Positions 1 to 10,923 of a stretch of 64,000 bases of DNA are shown piece after piece. The notes under the pieces were generated by a model that worked only from the letters and a program-made list of their open reading frames with translations, did not search any database and had not been told where the DNA came from. The DNA is taken from contig CDROCS010000506.1 in the NCBI GenBank assembly GCA_977020255.1, positions 1,116,001 through 1,180,000 on the forward strand, written 5' to 3'. The position numbers and the translations under genes are program-made. The stretch comes from Obrimoposthia wandeli (lineage: Eukaryota). The stretch's first letter is position 1. Every line of letters begins with the position of its first letter.

Positions 1-307
1 CAGTGGTAATGGTAACTACTTCACGTTGGATATATTCAGGAAAAATGAGTAAAGCGTCGAGGCTGATACCTTGATCTGAAAATAACTCCAAATGATAAGG
101 TTCCGTATTATGCGCAATATCACTACTAAGGCACAATTGATTATTCACCACTGGCTGAGATAAAGTCTCATCCAGATAAATGGTTTTATTCTGTAAATAC
201 GCTGATTCTAGTTTTACTACGATGGCACAATTATTTGCAATCGCAGCGGTCGGCCACAATGCCGGTAACAACGTCGCCGTCATCACGATTATTTTAAGTA
301 ACTGCAT
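1..307 (-). CDS. Exported hypothetical protein, 5' part only (runs off the window)
   Basis: Hand translation from ATG at 307 gives MQLLKIIVMTATLLPALWPTAAIANNCAIVVKLESAYLQ..., open to base 1, with a signal-peptide-like start (AxA-type site). Not in the ORF track. Confidence 0.6.
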   Translation of the reverse strand, partial: MQLLKIIVMTATLLPALWPTAAIANNCAIVVKLESAYLQNKTIYLDETLSQPVVNNQLCLSSDIAHNTEPYHLELFSDQGISLDALLIFPEYIQREVVTITT

Positions 308-491
308 TTGATATCCTTATCTAGCAATTATGTCTATGTCATTAAATTAGTGCAAAAGCTCCGCTTGAGACACTATTAATACCTTTGTGAGGTAAGGCTT
401 AATTTAGCAGTAATTTACACGTATCGTAACGATCTGTGTCACTAAGTTAACAATCATCAAAAATAAACCACTAAAAATAAGATATCAACAG

Positions 492-519
492 TTGCATATT
501 AAAAGTAATGCGCTATATT
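492..519 (+). promoter_or_regulatory. sigma70-like promoter
   Basis: TTGCAT (492-497), 16-nt spacer, TATATT (514-519); no protein gene follows on this strand. Confidence 0.45.
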
Positions 520-526
520 TAAATTA

Positions 527-694
527 GAAACCGAAACAGCCGACCACTTTATTGGTCAAACAGATGTAATGACATCGTCTTTGGGCTTTCAATGCCGGCG
601 TGCTTGGTTATCTCACTCTAACTTAGGGTTAGCGCTTTCGAACAATACAGCATTCAGATTTACAAAAAAGCTCACCTTATAAGTGAGCTTTTTT
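527..694 (+). ncRNA. Candidate intergenic small RNA (about 165 nt)
   Basis: Lies between the promoter above and an intrinsic terminator; contains hairpins GACCA/TGGTC, GATGT/ACATC and CTAAC/GTTAG. No recognised family. Confidence 0.4.
664..694. terminator. Bidirectional intrinsic terminator
   Basis: AAAAAAGCTCAC-cttataa-GTGAGCTTTTTT. Confidence 0.85.
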
Positions 695-796
695 GTGTCT
701 GTCATATTTTTTTACTATTCTATTTTTACTATATCTGTTTTTACTATTCGGTTTTTATTATTCTTTTTTGATTAAAGCACCCTGCTTCAGGCCTTA

Positions 797-2275
797 CTAC
801 GCATGTTTGTTTACCATCGTCATCAAACGGCTCGACATATCGCTTAGGTCACCACTCACTTGCAACAGCTCACCGATACTTTTAGTCATAGCCTGAGCAT
901 TCAATTCATTACTCTTCGTCACCGAGGTGACTTGTTCACTAGCTGACAGCACCCCGCTAATATTTTTATCTGTGTTAACAACATTTTCGGTAACACAGCT
1001 GATTTGGCCACTCATGTTAGTAACGGCATCAATAATTTCAGCAAATGTTTCGGCGTTTGTTTCAACAGCTTCATAACCATTATTTACATCCGAAGAGCTT
1101 TTTTCGATAAGTAACTTAATTTCGTTAGCTGATTCTGTACTGCGCTTGGAAAGGTTACGTACTTCATCCGCTACAACCGCAAATCCACGTCCCATTTCAC
1201 CAGCCCTAGCCGCTTCAATCGCGGCATTAAGCGCTAATAAATTCGTTTGATTGGCAATATCGGTAATCACCTTAATGGCTTTTTCAATCGCATCATTACT
1301 GTCTTTAATATCCGACATCGAAGTGATAGTCGCCGTCATCGCAATCGAACTGTTATCGGCTTGCTCTTCTGCGCGCAGAGAATCATTGCCCATAGCTTGA
1401 ATAATGCCACTAGCATTACCCACCAAAGTAGCGGTATCTTGCAGTAAATCGTTAATATGGCTGGTTGCCGATACTTGCTCACCGACACCATCATCGATGT
1501 CTTTAGCATATTGTGACATCACCGATAAATGAGTCGTCAGATCGCGAGAGGTTTGCATCAACTGCGTGACAGTTTCACCAACTTGATTAAATAACAGCTG
1601 TAATTCTTCACGGCTTTGTTCCGCCGCCTGTGACGCTGATTCAGCCGCTAACAATGCCGCCTGATTACTGGCTATCGCTTTACTGCGTAAGGTATTGTTG
1701 TAATGATTTGAAAACCAAATAGCGAGAGGAGGTAGCAATAACGCGGAATAATGTTCAACTTTGGCATCTTTTGCAGATAACACCAATTGTGGCAGTTCAT
1801 AACCACTGTAGTCCATCGCGATCATCACCACGTAAGTAATCACCATCACCACTGACCAAAAAAAGCCAGAGCGCGCATTCATTAATAAATAAGCAAAAAC
1901 GGTCATTGCCGCGATCCACATAATCGAATTTGAACTGGCACCACCGGTTTGAAACATTAAATTAGTGAGGTGGATCATACCGCCAAGTTGCATCACGTTA
2001 CCGGCAATAATCGGATTCACAGCCAGTTTGATCAACACAATACTGCAAATAAAACCAATCAGCATGATCATAGAGCTATTCACTAACGCTGTGACGTCAA
2101 GGTTATTCCATTTTAATGCGCTATAACCACCAATGATAATACCAACCAGTGCAAAGGTAATAATACCTCGCCCTTTAATTTTATCATCGTCACTTTTTTG
2201 TGCGCCTAGCAAATACTGATAAAATGGGTTTCCAAGTGATGACATCCATAATCCTTTATTTAAATAAAACAACAT
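797..2275 (-). CDS. Methyl-accepting chemotaxis protein with a multi-TM N-terminal sensor region
   Basis: MCP signature [36 protein letters not shown]; several hydrophobic N-terminal segments. Confidence 0.95.
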   Translation of the reverse strand: MLFYLNKGLWMSSLGNPFYQYLLGAQKSDDDKIKGRGIITFALVGIIIGGYSALKWNNLDVTALVNSSMIMLIGFICSIVLIKLAVNPIIAGNVMQLGGMIHLTNLMFQTGGASSNSIMWIAAMTVFAYLLMNARSGFFWSVVMVITYVVMIAMDYSGYELPQLVLSAKDAKVEHYSALLLPPLAIWFSNHYNNTLRSKAIASNQAALLAAESASQAAEQSREELQLLFNQVGETVTQLMQTSRDLTTHLSVMSQYAKDIDDGVGEQVSATSHINDLLQDTATLVGNASGIIQAMGNDSLRAEEQADNSSIAMTATITSMSDIKDSNDAIEKAIKVITDIANQTNLLALNAAIEAARAGEMGRGFAVVADEVRNLSKRSTESANEIKLLIEKSSSDVNNGYEAVETNAETFAEIIDAVTNMSGQISCVTENVVNTDKNISGVLSASEQVTSVTKSNELNAQAMTKSIGELLQVSGDLSDMSSRLMTMVNKHA

Positions 2276-2380
2276 AAACCTTGTGATTAGAATCTAGCAT
2301 GCTTGCAGTATTAACACTACAAAGCTATCTCTAAAGTATTAACTCGATTCTGCTTATTATTAAATATGCAGTCCACGCCA

Positions 2381-4009
2381 TTAACTAAAACACATAGCTG
2401 CGGACAATAATGCTTGGGTATAAGGCTGCTGGGGCTGATTAAATACCGACTCAGTTTCGCCCTCTTCAACCACTTTACCTGCTTTAAGCACTAAAACACG
2501 GTGGCTTACCGCTCTAACAACACTTAAGTCGTGGGTAATAAAAATATAGCTAAGCTGATGTTGCTGTTGTAACTGGCACAATAAATCTAAGATTTGCTTT
2601 TGTACGGTGCGATCTAATGCGGATGTCGGTTCATCTAAAATCAACACCTGAGGTTTTAATACTAACGCCCGTGCGATAGCAATTCGTTGACGCTGGCCAC
2701 CCGAAAACTGATGTGGGTAGCGCTCTAAAGCAGAAATAGGTAAAGCAACATCAAGCAAGGCTTGCTGGATAGCGATTTCAATTTCTGCAGCGCTATGCTG
2801 ACCTTGTACTTCTAAACCTTCACTGATGATCTGCCGTACTGACATACGCGGACTTAAACTACCAAACGGATCTTGAAACACAATTTGCAAAGCTTGACGA
2901 TAATCACGCATGGCGGTTAAGTTTAGCCCTTGCAGATTAGTGCCGTTAAAATAAATATCACCCTCGCTATTAATCAACCGCAGTAATCCGCGTACCAAGG
3001 TACTTTTACCCGAACCACTTTCGCCGACAATACCCAGCGTTTCCCCTTGATGTAATTGCAGTGATACGCCGTCAACCGCTTTCACGTGATCATAGGTACG
3101 TTGTAATAGCCCTTTCTTTAACGGGAACCACACCTTAAAGTCATTGACCTGCAATAACGGCTTTGAGCTTATCAACGCTGGTATGTCACGTTGTGGCTCT
3201 GCATCTAACAAGGTTTTGGTATAGACATGCTGCGGGTCCGTAAAAATACGCGCCACACTACCCGATTCAACGATTTCTCCTTGCTGCATCACCGCCACAT
3301 CATCCGCTAGATGCCGCACAATATTAAGATCATGGGTGATCATTAATATTGCCATCCCCAACTTAGCTTGTAGTGATTTGAGCAATTCCAAAATTTGTAA
3401 TTGTACGGTGACATCGAGTGCAGTGGTCGGTTCATCGGCGATCAATAAATCCGGTTCATTAGCTAATGCCATCGCGATCATCACGCGTTGACGTTGACCA
3501 CCGGATAGTTCATGCGGATAAGAGTTTAAGCGGTTTTCAGGTTGGGGGATTGCCACCAATGCTAACAATTCCAAACAGCGAGCATGCGCCGCTTTTTTAG
3601 ATAAGCCTTGGTGTAAGTAGAGTATTTCAGATATTTGTTTTTCAATCGTGTGTAGCGGGTTCAAGGACGTCATCGGTTCTTGAAAGATCATGCTGGCACA
3701 GTTACCACGTAGCGATTGCATGACAGCATGGTTTTTACCAATCACTTCTTTACCCATCAATTTAATACTGCCTGTTGGATAATGCGCTGCCGGAAAAGGC
3801 AACAATTGTAAAATAGATAATGCGGTCACTGATTTACCCGAGCCACTTTCGCCAACCAATGCAAACGTTTTACCTTGTTCAATACTAAACGACACACCTT
3901 CAACAACTTGCTGCTGTCCAAAATTAACCGATAGGTCATTAATCTCCAGTACCCTCGCTTTTGGCTCTGAGGTTGGTACAGCTTTAAGCTTAAATTCAAC
4001 GTTACTCAT
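2381..4009 (-). CDS. yejF: Peptide ABC transporter, dual ATPase
   Basis: Two Walker A motifs (GESGSGKS) and two SGGQRQR signatures; last gene of the operon. Confidence 0.9.
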   Translation of the reverse strand: MSNVEFKLKAVPTSEPKARVLEINDLSVNFGQQQVVEGVSFSIEQGKTFALVGESGSGKSVTALSILQLLPFPAAHYPTGSIKLMGKEVIGKNHAVMQSLRGNCASMIFQEPMTSLNPLHTIEKQISEILYLHQGLSKKAAHARCLELLALVAIPQPENRLNSYPHELSGGQRQRVMIAMALANEPDLLIADEPTTALDVTVQLQILELLKSLQAKLGMAILMITHDLNIVRHLADDVAVMQQGEIVESGSVARIFTDPQHVYTKTLLDAEPQRDIPALISSKPLLQVNDFKVWFPLKKGLLQRTYDHVKAVDGVSLQLHQGETLGIVGESGSGKSTLVRGLLRLINSEGDIYFNGTNLQGLNLTAMRDYRQALQIVFQDPFGSLSPRMSVRQIISEGLEVQGQHSAAEIEIAIQQALLDVALPISALERYPHQFSGGQRQRIAIARALVLKPQVLILDEPTSALDRTVQKQILDLLCQLQQQHQLSYIFITHDLSVVRAVSHRVLVLKAGKVVEEGETESVFNQPQQPYTQALLSAAMCFS

Positions 4010-5058
4010 TATGCTCCCTTACGCGGATCAAACGCGTCACGTGCCGCTTCACCAATAAACACCAGTAATACCAAAATCACGCCCATCGACACAAACGCTG
4101 TAATTCCTAACCAAGGTGCTTGCAGGTTGTTTTTGCCCTGTTTAATTAATTCACCTAACGATGGCGAGCCCACTTCCAGACCAAAGCCCAGGAAGTCGAG
4201 CGAAGTTAACGTCGTTAATGCACCGGTAAAAATAAACGGCATAAACGTCATCGTCGCCACCATGGCATTCGGCAGGATATGCTTAAACATAATAGCGCGG
4301 TGAGATTGCCCTAACGCTTTCGCTGCAATCACATACTCGAGGTGACGGCCACGTAAAAACTCAGCGCGCACCACATCCACCAAAGCCATCCAGCTAAATA
4401 ACAACATAATACCCAATAGCCACCAAAAATTAGGCTGCACTAAACTGGCTAAAATAATCAATAAGAATAACATTGGTAAGCCAGACCATATCTCGATAAA
4501 ACGCTGGCCATACAGATCAATACGACCACCAAAATAGCCTTGCGTCGCACCGACTGCCACCCCGATAATCGAGCTAAATATCGTCAAAGTTAACGCAAAC
4601 AATACCGAGATACGAAAACCATAAATAAGCCGAGCGAGCACATCACGACTTTGATCATCCGTGCCTAATAAATTGTTTAGATCGGGGGCTGAAGGTGCTG
4701 GTACGGTTAAGTCATAATTAAAGGTATCGTAACTAAACGGGATCAACGGCCACCACATATCCCCCTGTTCGAGAATAATTTCTTGGATATATTCATCACG
4801 GTAATCCGCCAGAATATCCAGTTCACCGCCAAATTCCAGTTCGTTATAATCATATAAAATAGGTAAATAATAACTGTCGTTGTAACGCACTAACAACGGT
4901 TTATCATTGGCAATAAACTCTGCACATAAACTCAATAAAAATAATCCGCTAAACAGCCATAAAGACCAATAACCACGTTTATTATGTTTAAAGGTTTGCC
5001 AACGATTTAGGTTCATCGGATTTTGTTTTATCCGCTGCCAAGTAGTGATCCAGCCCAT
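4009..5058 (-). CDS. yejE: Peptide ABC transporter permease
   Basis: LGTDDQSRDVLARLIYGFRIS; FANDKPLLV; overlapping stop/start junctions. Confidence 0.9.
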   Translation of the reverse strand: MGWITTWQRIKQNPMNLNRWQTFKHNKRGYWSLWLFSGLFLLSLCAEFIANDKPLLVRYNDSYYLPILYDYNELEFGGELDILADYRDEYIQEIILEQGDMWWPLIPFSYDTFNYDLTVPAPSAPDLNNLLGTDDQSRDVLARLIYGFRISVLFALTLTIFSSIIGVAVGATQGYFGGRIDLYGQRFIEIWSGLPMLFLLIILASLVQPNFWWLLGIMLLFSWMALVDVVRAEFLRGRHLEYVIAAKALGQSHRAIMFKHILPNAMVATMTFMPFIFTGALTTLTSLDFLGFGLEVGSPSLGELIKQGKNNLQAPWLGITAFVSMGVILVLLVFIGEAARDAFDPRKGA

Positions 5059-6152
5059 TATGATTGCGCCTCAAAATTAATCCGTGGGTCAATCAACATA
5101 TAGGTGACATCACTGATTAACTTAATAATTAGCCCCATTAGCGTAAAGATATACAAGGTACCAAATACCACAGGGTAATCACGGTTGATCACCGATTCAA
5201 AGCCTAATAAGCCTAAGCCATCGAGCGAGAAAATAATTTCAATCATCAAGGAGCCCGTAAAGAAAATACTGATCAATGCAGCCGGTAATCCAGCAATCAC
5301 CAATAACATCGCATTACGAAATACATGGCCGTATAACACTTGATTTTCGCTCAAGCCTTTGGCTCTCGCAGTCGTCACATATTGCTTATTAATTTCATCT
5401 AAAAAGGTATTTTTAGTCAGCAAGGTCAAGGTGGCAAAACTGCTGATCACTGACGCTAAAACCGGTAATGCCAAATGCCAGAAATAATCTTTAATCTGCC
5501 CTAAAGTCGATAATTCATCGAAGTTAGCCGACGTTAACCCCCGTAATGGGAACCAATCAAAATAACTGCCACCAGCGAAAAGGACGATGAGTAACAATGC
5601 AAAGAGGAAATTAGGAATAGCGAAACCAATCACCACCGCACTCGAGCTCCACACATCAAATGCAGAACCATGGGAAATGGCTTTTTTAATGCCCAAGGGT
5701 ATCGAAATAAGATACACCAAAATAGTCGTCCACAAGCCCAATGAAATAGACACAGGTAACTTATCCAACACCAAATCAATGACCGAGCTATCACGAAAAA
5801 AGCTATCACCGAAATCAAATTGCACATAGCTCTTTAACATTTTCCAGTAACGTTCATGCAAAGGTTTATCAAAACCGTACAAGCGCTCTAATTCTTTAAT
5901 ATATTCAGGGTCTACACCTTGTGCTCCGCGGTACTGTCCTGAACTGGCATTATTATTTAAATTAATTTTCACTTCGCCCTGACTGTTACCGTCAACACGA
6001 CTCGTCGCCGAAGATTCAATACCTTGTAATTTAGCTAGCGACTGCTCAACAGGTCCGCCTGGTGCCGCTTGAATAATAATAAAATTAAGGGTGATAATGC
6101 CCAACAAGGTTGGGATCATCAACAAACAACGGCGTAATATATAACTCCACAT
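5058..6152 (-). CDS. yejB: Peptide ABC transporter permease
   Basis: [16 protein letters not shown]...APGGPVEQ; [13 protein letters not shown] motif. Confidence 0.9.
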   Translation of the reverse strand: MWSYILRRCLLMIPTLLGIITLNFIIIQAAPGGPVEQSLAKLQGIESSATSRVDGNSQGEVKINLNNNASSGQYRGAQGVDPEYIKELERLYGFDKPLHERYWKMLKSYVQFDFGDSFFRDSSVIDLVLDKLPVSISLGLWTTILVYLISIPLGIKKAISHGSAFDVWSSSAVVIGFAIPNFLFALLLIVLFAGGSYFDWFPLRGLTSANFDELSTLGQIKDYFWHLALPVLASVISSFATLTLLTKNTFLDEINKQYVTTARAKGLSENQVLYGHVFRNAMLLVIAGLPAALISIFFTGSLMIEIIFSLDGLGLLGFESVINRDYPVVFGTLYIFTLMGLIIKLISDVTYMLIDPRINFEAQS

Positions 6153-6156
6153 TTAG

Positions 6157-7977
6157 CTAATTCCCTTGCTTGCTAATGGTGCCGTCTTGCCACCAACTGT
6201 CGATGGCTAAACCGTACTTAGGTAATTTTTCGGGACGCTGTATTTGCTGCCAGTACGCTACGCGATAACTGCTAATATGCCATTGTGGGATCACTAAGTT
6301 TTTCCACAACAATACTCGGTCTAAGGCTTTCGTCGCCGTGATCAAGCTGTCTCGATCTTCAGCGTTAATGACTTCCATGACCAAGGCATCAACCACAGGG
6401 TCTTGTAAACCAATACGATTGAGCGTACCCGGTACATTGGCAAATTCACTGCCCCACATACTCAACTGCTCATTACCCGGTGATAAGCTTTGCGCTTGGA
6501 TCAGGGTGTAAATATCAAAATCAAAATTATTTAAGCGATTAATATACTGTGATACATCGACAATACGGATCTCAGACGCCACACCGATACGCTGTAAATT
6601 TTTACGAAAGGGTTGAATAACACGTTCGAATGACGGGCTATACACCAAAAACTCCAAACTTAATTGCTTGCCATTAGCATCAACCATCTTGCCTGATTTT
6701 AATGTCCAACCCGCTTGTTTCAATAAGCTGATAGCTTGGCGCTGTTGTTTACGCACGCGGCCATCGCCTTTGGTTTTATCTAAAGTATAAACTTGGGTAA
6801 AAAGTTCAGCGGGGAGCTGTGCTTTAAAAGGGTTCAGCAGGGCTAATTCATCGCCTTGTGGAATACCGCTTGCTGCCAGTTCTGAATTACTAAAGAAACT
6901 GTCAGTTCGCTTATATGCACTGTAAAACAATGTCTTGTTGGTCCATTCAAAATCAAACATTAAGCCCAATGCTTTACGTACATTGGGATCTTTAAATTTG
7001 TCTTTACGCAGGTTAAACCAAAATGCCTGCATCCCTTGCGGATTCTGGTGTTGGATCTCTTCTTTGATGATGTTACCGGACGTAAACTGTTTACCCTGAT
7101 AACCTGTCGCCCATTGTTTTGAAATATTTTCGGCTCTAAAATCAACTTCACCGGCTTTGAACGCTTCAAAGGCAATACTGCCATCTTTGTAATAATCAAA
7201 AACTATATGTTTAAAATTATAACGTCCACGATTTACCGGTAAATCCTTCGCCCAGTAATTGTCATTACGCTGATAATCAATACTACGCCCAGCATCAAAT
7301 TTCTTAATCGTATAAGGTCCTGACCCCAAAGGGACATTTAACGTGGCCTTGGCAAAATCCTTACCTTGCCAGTCTTGCTCTGAAAACACCGGCAGCTGTG
7401 CCAATATCAAGGCTAATTCTTTATTTTTATTATCTTTAAAACTAAATTTAATCACTGATTTACTTTCTACTTCAACCTTGGTGACCTCTTTGTATTGTGC
7501 ACGTAACTGCGGTACGCCTTTTTCCATTAAGACATTAAAAGTAAACTCAACATCACTGGCGGTTAACGCTGAGCCATCAGAAAAACGGGCATTAGGATTC
7601 AAATGAAAACGTACCCAACTGCGATCGGCTGGCACTTCAATAAATTCTGCGACTAAGCCATACAAGGAAAATGCTTCATCACCGCTTTGTGTCATCAAGG
7701 TATCAAACAAATAACCGGTGCCATCAGCAGTAACACCTTTGACGATATAAGCATTAAAATTATCAAAACTGCCCATCGCCGCGCGGCGTAATGCCCCCTC
7801 ACGAGGCGCGTTTAAATTAACATAGTCGAAATGGCTAAAGTCTTTGCCGTAGGCTGGTTGCCCATGCATGGCTATCGCATAACGTAGCGATTCGCTGGCA
7901 GGCGAAGTAGCAAATACAGGTAAAGTGAATAACAGAGAACTGAGAGACAATAATGCAGTACGAAGCAGTTTATCCAT
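6157..7977 (-). CDS. yejA: Peptide ABC transporter substrate-binding protein
   Basis: Signal peptide; AMHGQPAYGKDFSHFDYVN; RGRYNF; heads the yejABEF operon. Confidence 0.9.
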   Translation of the reverse strand: MDKLLRTALLSLSSLLFTLPVFATSPASESLRYAIAMHGQPAYGKDFSHFDYVNLNAPREGALRRAAMGSFDNFNAYIVKGVTADGTGYLFDTLMTQSGDEAFSLYGLVAEFIEVPADRSWVRFHLNPNARFSDGSALTASDVEFTFNVLMEKGVPQLRAQYKEVTKVEVESKSVIKFSFKDNKNKELALILAQLPVFSEQDWQGKDFAKATLNVPLGSGPYTIKKFDAGRSIDYQRNDNYWAKDLPVNRGRYNFKHIVFDYYKDGSIAFEAFKAGEVDFRAENISKQWATGYQGKQFTSGNIIKEEIQHQNPQGMQAFWFNLRKDKFKDPNVRKALGLMFDFEWTNKTLFYSAYKRTDSFFSNSELAASGIPQGDELALLNPFKAQLPAELFTQVYTLDKTKGDGRVRKQQRQAISLLKQAGWTLKSGKMVDANGKQLSLEFLVYSPSFERVIQPFRKNLQRIGVASEIRIVDVSQYINRLNNFDFDIYTLIQAQSLSPGNEQLSMWGSEFANVPGTLNRIGLQDPVVDALVMEVINAEDRDSLITATKALDRVLLWKNLVIPQWHISSYRVAYWQQIQRPEKLPKYGLAIDSWWQDGTISKQGN

Positions 7978-8197
7978 GGCGAGGTTCCTTTTGCCGATGA
8001 AAATGATAATTTAATGAGTTACTAAAATAATAGCATTTAACTTTTGTTTCATTCTTATTTAACACTGATTTACAATGATATAGATACTAAAGTGGCATAA
8101 ATGTTCCCCTTATCAGTAACATTTATTCCCTTTGGGTTATAACAAATAACCTAGATTTACTGCGGATTACACCAATAACATCATCAATAACGTCGGA

Positions 8198-10081
8198 CTA
8201 TCCTTGTCGACGTTTGATGTAAAGTGCTAAGTGTTCTGCCGACAAGGGTTTACTGGCATAAAAACCTTGATAGAAACTACATTGTTGACGCTGTAAAAAT
8301 TCTAGCTGCTGGCGACTTTCAACACCTTCTGCAGTGACATTAAAGCCCATATGTTTAGCCATCGCCAGCACCGCTTCAACAATCGCCATATCCGAAATAT
8401 TGTGCGGAATATTTTGAATAAACGAGCGATCAATTTTCAATTCATTGGCTGGTAAGCGCTTTAAATAACTCAGCGATGAATAACCCGCGCCAAAGTCATC
8501 AATAGCAAAACTGACACCAACATTCTTTAAGTCTGTCATTTTACGAATGGCGTCCTCGGCATGCTCAATCACCACAGATTCGGTGATCTCTAAATTCAAT
8601 TGCATCGGATCCATACCGGTTTCATCTAATACCATGAGTATCGAATCAACAAAGTTTTGATCATGAAACTGTCGAGTACTGACATTGACCGACATCTGCG
8701 GCACATCGACACCTTGCGATTTCCACGCCATAAACTGGCGACACGCGGCTTGTAACACCCAAATACCAATATCGATAATCAGGTCAGTTTCTTCGGCAAT
8801 GGGAATAAACTCGGCAGGTGAAATCAGTTGTTTACCGTCTAAGTGCCAACGCACTAAGGCTTCAACACCAATGAATTCACCGCTTTGGACCATATGCTGA
8901 GGTTGGTAATGCAAAAACAACTCATTTTTCGCAATCGCACTTTTCAGGCAATTATACATGTGTAAGCGCTTGTCTGCTTTACGTTGCATGGTGGCATCAA
9001 AGAACGACACTTTTTTACGGCCATTCGATTTAGCTTGATACATGGCTGTATCGGCTTGTTGTAATAAATCGTCGGCTTGCTGACCCTTGCTGGGGAACAA
9101 GGTGACACCAATACTGGCGCCAATATACAAGGCTTGTCCCTGGTATAAATAGGGTTCAGAAATACGCGCGATTAATTGCTCTGCCAGTAAATTTGCATGC
9201 TGTTCGGCATGCATCGGGTTTTCTGATAAATCAGGCAATAAGATCACAAATTCATCGCCACCAAGACGCGCAATAAAATCTTCTGCGCGGGGGATCTCTT
9301 TTAAGCGCTCTGCAACCTCAACCAAGATACCATCACCCACAGCATGTCCCAATGAATCATTAATGGCTTTAAAAAAATCCAAGTCGATAAATAATAGCGC
9401 CCCGATCACCTGATTACTTTTGGCTAGCTGATATTGGGTTTCAATGGTTTGCGTTAATAAACGTCGATTAGCAAGACCCGTTAACGAATCAAAAAATGCC
9501 AAACGATGGTATTCTTCTTGCGATTGACTTGCGGTAAACATAGACAAACCATAACGTAATTCATTATCCATTAAGCGGAAATTACGTTGGATCAGCGCCC
9601 CAATAGCAGTACAAAAAGACAAAGTGATACTTGAGGGAACATGGCTGTCGATGACACCATTAAAGTTAATCACACCAACACAATCATTTTGATTAAATAA
9701 CGGTATCGCTAAATTAATCGTCTTTAAAAAATCATCTTTTTCAATGATTTGGACGACTTCACTGCGTGAGTGCAACTGTGATAATTCAGTGACATTAAAG
9801 GCGTAATTTGGATTTACACTAACAAGGTGTCGTGGCAATAACGGAATAAGATCGCCGAACGTATCACTAAACAACTGAATATTTACATCAACAAGGTTTA
9901 ATGATTTTTGAGTTTCTTTAACGATTGCATCGACAAAACCAACAAATTCATCATTCCCACACCAATCTATACTGGTTAATTGCAATAACACATGGTTAAG
10001 CCGTTCAGACTTGGCAACTGATTCATCATGTGAGGGCGTTATATTACATTTATCAGACATATTATACGGTTCAGTCATCAT
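8198..10081 (-). CDS. Diguanylate cyclase/phosphodiesterase (GGDEF-EAL) with a GAF-like N-terminus
   Basis: RLGGDEF; GVEALVRW; DDFGAGYSSLSYLKRL. Confidence 0.95.
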   Translation of the reverse strand: MMTEPYNMSDKCNITPSHDESVAKSERLNHVLLQLTSIDWCGNDEFVGFVDAIVKETQKSLNLVDVNIQLFSDTFGDLIPLLPRHLVSVNPNYAFNVTELSQLHSRSEVVQIIEKDDFLKTINLAIPLFNQNDCVGVINFNGVIDSHVPSSITLSFCTAIGALIQRNFRLMDNELRYGLSMFTASQSQEEYHRLAFFDSLTGLANRRLLTQTIETQYQLAKSNQVIGALLFIDLDFFKAINDSLGHAVGDGILVEVAERLKEIPRAEDFIARLGGDEFVILLPDLSENPMHAEQHANLLAEQLIARISEPYLYQGQALYIGASIGVTLFPSKGQQADDLLQQADTAMYQAKSNGRKKVSFFDATMQRKADKRLHMYNCLKSAIAKNELFLHYQPQHMVQSGEFIGVEALVRWHLDGKQLISPAEFIPIAEETDLIIDIGIWVLQAACRQFMAWKSQGVDVPQMSVNVSTRQFHDQNFVDSILMVLDETGMDPMQLNLEITESVVIEHAEDAIRKMTDLKNVGVSFAIDDFGAGYSSLSYLKRLPANELKIDRSFIQNIPHNISDMAIVEAVLAMAKHMGFNVTAEGVESRQQLEFLQRQQCSFYQGFYASKPLSAEHLALYIKRRQG

Positions 10082-10207
10082 TTGATTTTATCCACTATGG
10101 TTTAGGCATAATGCCTAAGCAACAGGTATAAAACAACGGATTTAACATAAACACCCATAAATGATTAGCTGATCACACTTTTTAGGCGTTAAAAAAACTA
10201 AATTTAC

Positions 10208-10229
10208 AAACGTGATTCAGATCACTTTT
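10208..10229. promoter_or_regulatory. CRP-type site upstream of raiA
   Basis: aaaCGTGA-ttcaga-TCACTttt, close to TGTGA-N6-TCACA. Confidence 0.7.
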
Positions 10230-10292
10230 TTTTAACCTGAAAGTCGTATTCTGAAGTTGTACCAAACAATGCAATCACCCAAGGAGATGTCT

Positions 10293-10679
10293 ATGACATT
10301 TGAAATAACCAGTAAAGAAATCAAAGTTACGGCTCCTATGCAGGAAAAACTTGCGATGAAATATGCGAAGCTAGAACGCTTCAATATTCCAATGATTAAT
10401 CCGCACGTAACGATTAGTAAAGACAAGAATAACATTAAAAAAATTGAGGCTAGCATTCATCTTCCTCAAGGCCAACTACTCGCAGTTTCTGAAGGAGAAG
10501 ATCTTTACGCTGCAATTACGATTTTAGGCCAAAAGCTAGAGCGTCAATTAAATAAATACAGCGAAAAACACTCAGCGCATAAAAGCGGTAAAGAGCAGTG
10601 TCGAGCAGGTGTCATTAGTGGTGAAGAACTTCCTGTTGAAAAGATTTCTGACGATGAGTTAGAACTCCAAGAGTATTAA
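10293..10679 (+). CDS. raiA: Ribosome-associated inhibitor A (HPF/YfiA family)
   Basis: MTFEITSKEIKVT...EDLYAAITILGQKLERQLNK; AGGAG RBS before ATG 10293; upstream of pheA as in enterics. Confidence 0.88.
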   Translation: MTFEITSKEIKVTAPMQEKLAMKYAKLERFNIPMINPHVTISKDKNNIKKIEASIHLPQGQLLAVSEGEDLYAAITILGQKLERQLNKYSEKHSAHKSGKEQCRAGVISGEELPVEKISDDELELQEY

Positions 10680-10742
10680 TAAACAGTACTCATAAAAAGA
10701 CTAAAAAATCTTGTTTCTCTATTTAATAGAGGAACAACAAAT

Positions 10743-10769
10743 AAGCGCAGCATAGGACTGCGCTTTTTT
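10743..10769 (+). terminator. raiA terminator
   Basis: AAGCGCAG-catagga-CTGCGCTT followed by a T run. Confidence 0.75.
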
Positions 10770-10923
10770 ATTTCCGCAGTTTGCCTCTGATACCTTGACT
10801 TTGCCTCCCTAGATAAATAAATTAAACCATCAACTAAAAATAAACTATCAATTAAAAATAAATGCGCACTATTAAGCATATATATCGAATAACCTTATAG
10901 AGTACGCACAAGGATTTTATTTC

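Noticed and set aside
693-896. 67-aa hydrophobic ORF
   Set aside because: Starts inside the terminator, overlaps the MCP antisense and reflects a T-rich spacer.
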